From Octopus sinensis (Eukaryota): a stretch of 64,000 nt of DNA. A program made the translations under genes and the position numbers. This document shows positions 54,740-64,000 of the stretch, in pieces. Below the pieces are notes generated by a model. The model searched no databases. It was not told the origin of the DNA and saw only the letters and a program-made list of their open reading frames with translations. The stretch is from the NCBI RefSeq assembly GCF_006345805.1, contig NC_042998.1:143840001-143904000 (forward strand), written 5' to 3'. How positions within the stretch are numbered: the first letter of the stretch is position 1; each line of letters opens with the position of its first letter.

Positions 54740-54780
<41 letters not shown>
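52335..54780. repeat. Tandem duplication of a ~1211 bp composite unit bounded by (TA)n
   Basis: ORFs 52858 and 54069 are near-identical at offset 1211. Each unit contains a SINE piece, (CA)n, (GT)n, (GA)n and an internal 54 bp tandem repeat (53049-53156). Confidence 0.92.
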
Positions 54781-54781
<1 letters not shown>

Positions 54782-57598
54782 CAGCATCAGTACTCATTTT
54801 CAGTTGAGTAGACTGTGAAATGATGTGCTTGCTCAAGGACAAAATGTGCCGCCAGGTCCAGTTATCGAACTATAATCGTATGATTCTGAGCCCTACCCCC
54901 AAATTACTAGGTGATTCATCTTCACGTTTGTTGAAGTAAATATTTACAAAATAGACATGCAAGCAATCTAAGGGCGGTGAACTGGTAGAATGTTCAGACG
55001 TTATTTTTTCCGGTTTTTTTTTCCGTTCTGAGTTCGAATCCCACCGAAGTAAAATTTACCTTTCATCACTCTCCTGTCCCATGGTAAAATAAACTACTCG
55101 TCAAGCACTGAGACTGACATAATCGTCTAACCCTTTCCCCCATCAAAAATTTCAGGTTCTGTGACTATGTTACAAATAATTATTAGGAGAGATTATTCAT
55201 TAAAAAAAAGACGTTAAAATGAATAATAAAGAAATATTAGCAAATTGTGTTTCAATAGGTTCAATGAGAATACCGTTCATAATCCTTGAAACAATCCACA
55301 AATTATAGATACGATAAGTAATAATACGGGAAGCATGACATGGAGCACAGTAAAATCTATCATATCACAGTATGTACAGTAATACACCAATGTTTTTCAT
55401 CTCAACATACTTTTTGTTTATGTTATAGCTTACATTTGAAAAGTTGAGTCTTTCCCGAAATATAATAGAATCATTAACAACTAATATGAGATAATACGAT
55501 ATCATTTCTTTTTGCAGTCATTTATTGATATCACCTTACATATTTTGCTTAACTTTTCATTTGCATTGCTCAAAGATATTTGCAAACATCTATATTATAT
55601 AATATATCATATTCAAGGTTAACTCTATGTAATTTACGAACAAAATCGACCTTGTGCATAAAGCCTCACTCACAACAAACGTAAGAATGTGATCGATAGC
55701 AATGTCCATCCTCAAGGTTGAGAATCTAACACAATCACCTCACGCACTGCTGTTTCGTGTTGCCTTCGTACACTCCGCCAAAGTCCTCTCTATCCTATCC
55801 TTGACTCATTGTTTCATCTTTGTCTTTGTCGCCCGTGGACCCATTTTCCGTAACCCAGTTCCTGAGGATATTGTTACAGAGATCTAAGCTCTAATAACGT
55901 GGTCAAAGATATTGCAGTTCTCACTGCCTGACCATCGTCATCAATTTTCAGTCTACTTTATCTCCTTCAGAATTGAATCGTTCGTTCTACGGACCACCCA
56001 CCCGAGTAATCCACACAAAAACAACCTTCATCTATTAAGTATTTCATAAAATGAATTTCCAACACAAAATAATTCTATGATACACTTTTATTTATATAGC
56101 TCCTTCTCACCCTACAACGAACTCCACCTCAATTCCGTCAAGATAGTTCTTATATATGACATATAGAAGAATAAGCAATTAATCCCTTTATATTACTCTG
56201 TCCTCACACAAATAACAGGAATTAATAAACCTCCACACAAGCAAACAGCCATCAATGTAATTATATACCTATATTTATTAAATATTAATTATATACCTCT
56301 CAAAAATTTTAATAAACTCTTAATTAAAACATATAACTCCATATCCCACTAATTTTAATAATACTCTAGTAAAAAATCATTGAACCAGAAATAGGAGCAC
56401 ATCATCCTGAATGCCTTCAGTTGTCTGGTGTCCGCGAATAAATGTAGACTTTGCAAAATCAAAAGAGAAAACGTAATCCACGTAATGGCCAACAGCAACA
56501 GAACACATAATGGTTAACTGTAAGTGAATGTTCTCGAATATTATTATTTCCTTGAGGCGATTCTGAAAACACGAATGAAGAAAAATCAATAAAGACGATC
56601 ACATTATAACATATGGTGCTTTAGAATAACAGTGGAACCAAAAAATGAAAACGGAGCAAATGACAATGCAGAATGCAATCACTGCATTCTTAGTATTATT
56701 GCTCTGACATAGAAGTGAGCTACTCATTTGATGTCAAAATTGTCGGGAAGAAATTGGAGGAAAACAGTATCTATGGGTCGGTAATAATGAGCCTTATCAA
56801 TCCAGCGTCCAAAATGTAATTTCAGCTTTATTCCACTTACCTTTGCAGTGATTTCCTAAGTTTATCCATGCATGTCAATGTGCATCGATGAACATGGAGA
56901 ACGAAAAACAAATACATGTCTATAATTTTTCAACTATAAACGCAAATCATATCTGAAACAATATAGAACATTTCAGGAAAGAATCGGTTGCAAAAGGAAC
57001 ATTTGAGAACACAAAACGCAGATATTTCCCTTCCCTATACAACCATATAATCAAGCAGATCTTCAATAGAAAGAAACTAAATAAAACCAATCAAGGAAAT
57101 ATATAAGTACGTGAACGCATGAGCGACACACATATAAGTATGTATGTAGATACATATAGATGTGTGTATGTGTGTCGCATTATTAAAGTTTTACAGCCGT
57201 GATAAAAACACGATCGTTCGGATGCTTGATTCTGAGTGATAAGGCTTCTGAATAAGGCTGATCGTTATTGTCTGATGGCTAAGCCTCCTTCTCATAGGTT
57301 AGTTCAGCTCACGTGGTAGAAATCCGTAATTGTCGACTGCTACTGGATGACGTTTTCTACTTGATGAGTTGTTCTGGTTACAGATTTCAATATTAACAGT
57401 TTCAGTACAGTTTTATGGAAGTATCAGTTTATGAAATGTATTAATAACAAAAGAGTTTTTATTTGAGATTTTGGTGACAGTTGCTGACAAAGCAAATAGT
57501 CACCAAATAAATAAATTAATTAATAAATAATTTAATTTAATGTATATAGATTAAATTATAGTATTTTAGTCTTCACTTAATGTATATTTTCTATTTTA

Positions 57599-58480
<882 letters not shown>

Positions 58481-58703
58481 GATAAGATCGTTATTCAAAT
58501 AGCAATTTATCTAGTGGCTAGCATGGGAATAAAAAACTTCAGAGGTAATAATTATTATTAAAATTATAACTTAGGGTATCTAAGAGATACCTCCACGCTG
58601 GAAATAGCAGCCAGACTTGACTCTAAAACCACATTTAATATTCATACAGCACCAGGAGAGAAGACAAAAAGGCAAAATAAACTAGCAAAAAAATTACTGG
58701 ATA

Positions 58704-58761
58704 ATTCCAGATCCCGGATTTCTGGCTCTGCATAAGAAATGCTTAGCCTCATCAGTGGAAT
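58704..58761 (-). ncRNA. Type I hammerhead ribozyme motif
   Basis: Minus strand: attcca CTGATGA ggct-aagcat-ttctt-atgc-ag-agcc A GAAA tcc-g-gga TC tggaat; 6 bp stem I and AUC triplet. Confidence 0.8.
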
Positions 58762-58796
58762 ATACGCAGTACATAAATACAAATATATATATAAAT

Positions 58797-58841
<45 letters not shown>

Positions 58842-59039
58842 ACATACGAATACTTACATATATGAACGTATACATACATATACATGGTCGTGTACATACG
58901 TGCATAAATTATAATTATATATATATATGTGTGTGTGTTTGTGTACATATATTTGTGTGTGTACACATACCCATGTACATATATACATATACATTCAAAT
59001 ATATATGTGTGTATATATGTATATATATATTTTTTTTTT

Positions 59040-59615
59040 TTTTATTTTATTTTATCTAGTTTCAGCTCACGAGCTGTAGCCATGCTGGGGCACCGCCATT
59101 TGGTGTTGCTACATGATTTTACTTCACGAATGCTTTTTAGCAATTGTCATTTGGTGCATGAGAGAGTTCGATGCAACTGCCCTCATCTGCACCTCCTGCC
59201 GTGAAGTTGGTTCATCTGGGACACCTGACAGGAAGATATCCAGTTTTATTTTAAAGGCATCTGCATCCACCCCATGCAGGTCTCTCAGGTTCTTCGGGAG
59301 GATATTGAAGAGCTGTGGGCCTCTGAAGCCCAGGCTATCACAGTAACTTCCCCTACATCTTGATGGCAAATTTGGAGTCCTTGGCACCATGCAGTGGCGC
59401 CCAGTTCTAGCATTTGTGTAACTCTCGATGCCAAAGTTTGGGACAAGTCCTTCTAGGATCTTCCAGATGTATATCATGCCATATCTTTCTCGCCTATGCT
59501 CTAAGGAATAGAGTCTTAATCTCTTGAGTCTTTCCCAGTAGCTTATATGCTGCACAGAGGCTATCTTCTTCGTGTAGCTTCGTTGGATTGCCTCAAGTTC
59601 TGTGATTAACTTGAC
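59040..59615 (-). mobile_element. CR1-group LINE 3' end, 5'-truncated
   Basis: ELEAIQRSYTKKI...ISYWERLKRLRLYSLEHRRERY.MIYIWKIL...FKIKLDIFLSGVPDEP, followed by a (TAAAA)n/poly-A tail. Confidence 0.88.
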
Positions 59616-59702
59616 ATATATATGTATATATGTATATATATATACATATATGTATATATGTATATATATATGCATACACATATATGCACATACATATATA
59701 TA

Positions 59703-59890
59703 TAGGGAGAGTTTACGAAAAAAACAAAAGACGAAGACAGGTGTTGTACAAAACAAACAGATGTATTAGTATAACGCTCAGGAATAGAAAAAGTCTTTTA
59801 CGTTTCGAGCCTATGCTCTTCTACAGAAAGGGACACAGAAAAAACAAGGAGAGAAAAAAATGTGTGTAGTGGCTAACGATCTATCATGGC
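59703..59890 (-). mobile_element. Solo PLE pLTR fragment with variant hammerhead (59795-59830)
   Basis: Homologous to 43086-43270. Minus strand reads cttt CTGTAGA A gagc-atag-gctc GAAA cg TA aaag. Confidence 0.75.
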
Positions 59891-59921
59891 ACATATATAT
59901 ACATATATATATACAGACATG

Positions 59922-59966
<45 letters not shown>

Positions 59967-59974
59967 ACACACAT

Positions 59975-60058
<84 letters not shown>

Positions 60059-60471
60059 TGTATGTATATCTACGTATATATGACCATGTCATGTTGTTTA
60101 GTATGAAATAGGGATGGTACAATAATCTGCTCAAAATATTAAAACTGTCATATTTATTCCTATCTTCATATTCCTCCTTTATTACTTTTTTTCTTTTTTC
60201 ATTTCTTTTTAACAATACAAATTTCAATCACATGTTGCAATCATTGAACTATATGTCTCTGCCACAAACATCTGCTATGGCAGATATTACAAATGAGAAA
60301 AAATTTGATGATTTCTGATTTTTGGAAATGATGAAATGAATACTAAGATGGCGGCAGTTAGTCTACGAGCTAAGCGAATACTAAAATGCACACAAATTTG
60401 GCACATGTACATGCAGATTGCAGATGCCCATGCCTGCATGAGAACATATCTTCATTTACATATGTATAATC

Positions 60472-60538
<67 letters not shown>

Positions 60539-61479
60539 CATATCAATAAGTATGTGCATGTTTAAAAAGTTGTTTGTGCGTGTTTGTGTGTATACAATAT
60601 ATAACATATATGTATATATATATATATATTATATACAAACCATGATATATATTACATGTACGTGTATATATATATATATATATATATATTAATTTAAAAT
60701 GTGCTTCTCATTCGAACATATGATACATTGACAATACAAATATATGTATGTATGTATTATGTATGTATGTTTGTATGTATGTATGTATGTATGTATGTAT
60801 GTATGTATGTATGTATGTATGCATGTATGCATGCATGTATACATGTATGTATGTATGTATGTATTTACATATGTGTGTGCATATATATGTATATGTGTGT
60901 ATATACACACACACACACACACATGCTCACACACCATACATATTTATGCACACATGCATACACATATTTTTCCAATATAAATAAATGTGTGTTTAACTAA
61001 CCGTAATTTCATTTCATAATGTCTTGATGAAATATTTAAAATATAGACCCTGTGTTGCCTGAATGCCAGAAGACTTTCTTATCTTCATTAACGTAATTCA
61101 GGGGCAATTGCAGCAAGCAACATCTATTATGTATGTATGGGTGTTTTTCCTTTGGGTTTTATTTAAGTTCTTGAGAGAGTTCAAACCAGTTGCTAACAAA
61201 GCAAGAAGACTTCTTGAGTTAAGAGGGTTCCCAGTGTTTGTAAATATGTATTTGAGTTAGTGTGTTGGTTGAGCTGTCGATGCACACATGCAAGTGTATG
61301 AATCTATTCATCTAAAGAATCTCGAATAGGGAATCTTTCGAATGTCATACAAATCTTTTCTGTGCCACTAATAGATTGGATTTGGAGAATCTACATCAGT
61401 TTCTTTTGTTCTTTCTTCGAAAACCCCAGTATTTTCGGAGGGTAGGGGTGGCTTTGGGGGTGGTACATTTCAAAGTACA

Positions 61480-62012
61480 TAGGCTAATGCATCTATAATA
61501 GGTACAAACGAGAATTTATACGCAGGGTACAGGAGCTGTAAGTTCTGCAATTAATTCACCATAAATGTTTCCTTTTTCATGGACCTTTGATGCTACATTC
61601 ACATCTGCTGAACAGCTGACCTCTACAACAGTGCATGACTTTTGTTACCTGTCCCACAAAATAATATCAGATCTGTTATGTTGGCACCTAATTGCTATTT
61701 TTATTGAAGGGTTCTACCAGTATACCTTAATTTTGAAGTGTGAATACATGCTGGCTCTGGTGTATCTTTGAGCTTTACGTCAGAGCAATCCTTCCTGCAG
61801 ATAGCATTGTAAATAGTCTTTGCAATTATATGATGCCTCAGGGACAGGTAGTATCTCAGACATTTTGGGGAGGTTGCTTATGTGATATCTTCCATATTCT
61901 GTCACAGTGTGGAAGTTTGATGGCATCTTTGTCACTCTTGTTTATCTGGTGTTTAGTAGCTATATCCTCTTCCTGGGCAGGATGTAATGTATCTATCACA
62001 AGTCTAGAAGTT
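61480..62012 (-). pseudogene. Degenerate restriction-like-endonuclease LINE fragment (R4/Dong/R2 group)
   Basis: Minus-strand LRHHIIAKTIYNAI, HNRSDIILWDR..CTVVEVSC.ADVNVASKVHEK and LQLLYPAYKFSFVPII. Confidence 0.7.
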
Positions 62013-62227
62013 TTATGTATGTATGTATGTATGTATGTATGTATGTATGTATGTATGTATGTATGTATACATGTATGTATTTATGCATGCATGTATGTTT
62101 GTATGTATGTGTGTGTATGTATGTGTGTGTATGCATGTATGTATGTGTGCATGCATGTGTATGTATGTATGTATGTATGTATGTATGTATGTATGTATGT
62201 ATGTATGTATGTATGTATGTATGTATG

Positions 62228-62780
62228 TCAGGTCACTTTCGAATGCTACTGGTAACATGTAACCCAGTACAACCTGTTGCATGGTCGGGTCGTCGTCGAC
62301 TAAACCAGCAACCCCAACAAGCTTGCTTGGTGAGGAGGGTGTTTATTGGACACCCTGCGGGATGAAAAACAAAACCCGTCAAAGGCCGGAGGAACTCTTG
62401 AGAGTCAACGGCCATCCAATAAATGTCTTAAGGCTGTATCATGCGCGGGGACATAGAAATAATCAGACTGAATACCCGATCGCGCGGCTAAACCATTGGG
62501 AGTGAAGGACTCCTAGCCTTTGTTAGGGCATCCTTCTAGGAGAAGCTAACTCAGATAACTGGGATAACTCCGACATAAAACCTGCGGCTCAGTGGTTACC
62601 GATGATGTTGACTTGTTCTTCTTTTCGGATTATGGCTGCTATTGCTTAGTGAGTGGAATTGACTCAGTGCACAGCCTTTCCTCACTTAAAAAAAAAATCT
62701 TCTTGCACAGGCATTGCACGATAACAACATTGATTAAGCTTCGAGCAATGGCCATACTCGATAACGAGGGGGCAGCCACC
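62228..62780 (+). mobile_element. Unclassified ~550 bp element inserted in (TATG)n; diverged partial relative at about 63271-63450
   Basis: GC-richer block flanked on both sides by (TATG)n; its 5' portion aligns by eye with 63271-63450. Confidence 0.55.
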
Positions 62781-63026
62781 ATGTATGTATGTATGTTGTA
62801 TGTATGTATGTATGTATGTATGTATGTATGTATGTATGTATGTATGCATGTATGTATGTATGTGTGAGTGTGTGTGCATGTGTATGTATATATGTATGTG
62901 TGTGTACATGTGTGCATGTAAGTATGTATATATGTATGTGTGTGTACATGTGTGCATGTAAGTATGTGTGTATGTATGTTTGCATCTTTGTATGTATACA
63001 TGTGCATTTGTATGTATGTATGTATG

Positions 63027-63057
<31 letters not shown>

Positions 63058-64000
63058 GTATGCATGCAGTACATATGTGTATTTATGTATGTATCTGCGT
63101 TTATATGTGCATGTATGTGTATGTAAGTATGTGTGTTTGTGTATGTATGTAAATTTCTATGTATGCATTTCTTCCTCCTCCTCATCATCGTGTAACGTCC
63201 GTTTTCCATGCTAGCATGGGTTGGACGGGCTTATATATGTATATATGTGTGTCTATGTATGCATAAATTGTATCAGATCACTTGTGAATGTTACTGGGCA
63301 ACATGTAATATCAGTACAACCTGCTGCATGGTGAGGTCGTCAGCAACTAAATGGCAACCCCATTTAGCTTGCTTAGTGATAAGGGTGACTGGGTAATCTG
63401 CAGGATGAAGGAGAGATGAACTCATTAAAGTCAACAGCCCTCCAATGCTATGTACACAAGCTTGGTCTTGCTATTTCCCACGCACACCAGTAGTTCCTGC
63501 AGCAATCGTGGACAAACTGGTGACTTTGATGCAGAAAACACATGGTTGCACAGAGGATTGACACCTTTTCAATAATGGTCATGTACAACAGGCTCAGTCA
63601 GCAAAGAACCATGACAATGAGAATGTAGATACTGTGTACCACATTACTGGGAGTGAATGATCTCTAGTTCTTGTTAGGATACCACACTGGAGGGAAAATT
63701 CTGATGTAAAACATGTAACTCGATGGCAGCCAGTGATGTTGACTAGTACTTCACTATAAAAAGCATGATGCCAGGCATAACTTGACATACCAGCATCATC
63801 ATCCTATACTCAAAAACGAGGAAGCAGTCATCATGCATGTATGCATGTACATATGTACATATGTTTATATTTATGTATGTACATACCGTAAATCCTCGAG
63901 TATAATCCGCATTGTTTTCCCAAAATTTAACGGTCAAAATCCCTAGTGCATACTATATCATAATCATCATCATCATCATCGTTTAACGTCCGTTCTCCAT

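Noticed and set aside
56380-57070. Possible decayed transposase-like coding relic
   Set aside because: No diagnostic motif or termini could be read.

Overview
AT-rich, microsatellite-dense animal genomic DNA; the repeat repertoire suggests an octopod cephalopod (inference). The left ~37 kb holds one host gene on the + strand, a p66/GATAD2A/B (simjang) NuRD subunit. Its three coding exons (19820-20112, 22210-22410, 30231-31866) splice in frame to 709 aa, followed by a probable ~4.4 kb 3' UTR. Its introns contain mostly old, CpG-decayed SINEs, piggyBac MITEs and LINE relics. The right ~26 kb is intergenic and packed with CpG-retaining elements: two Penelope-like (PLE) families, mariner and maT-like transposons, R4/Dong-like and CR1-group LINE pieces, a Helitron-like tandem pair and SINE arrays. 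The most notable signal is a set of eight minimal type I hammerhead ribozyme motifs from several sequence families. They sit in (TA)n-flanked modules and include a ~400 bp palindrome with one hammerhead per strand and a recurrent non-canonical CUGUNGA core. All ribozyme calls come from manual folding and are untested.
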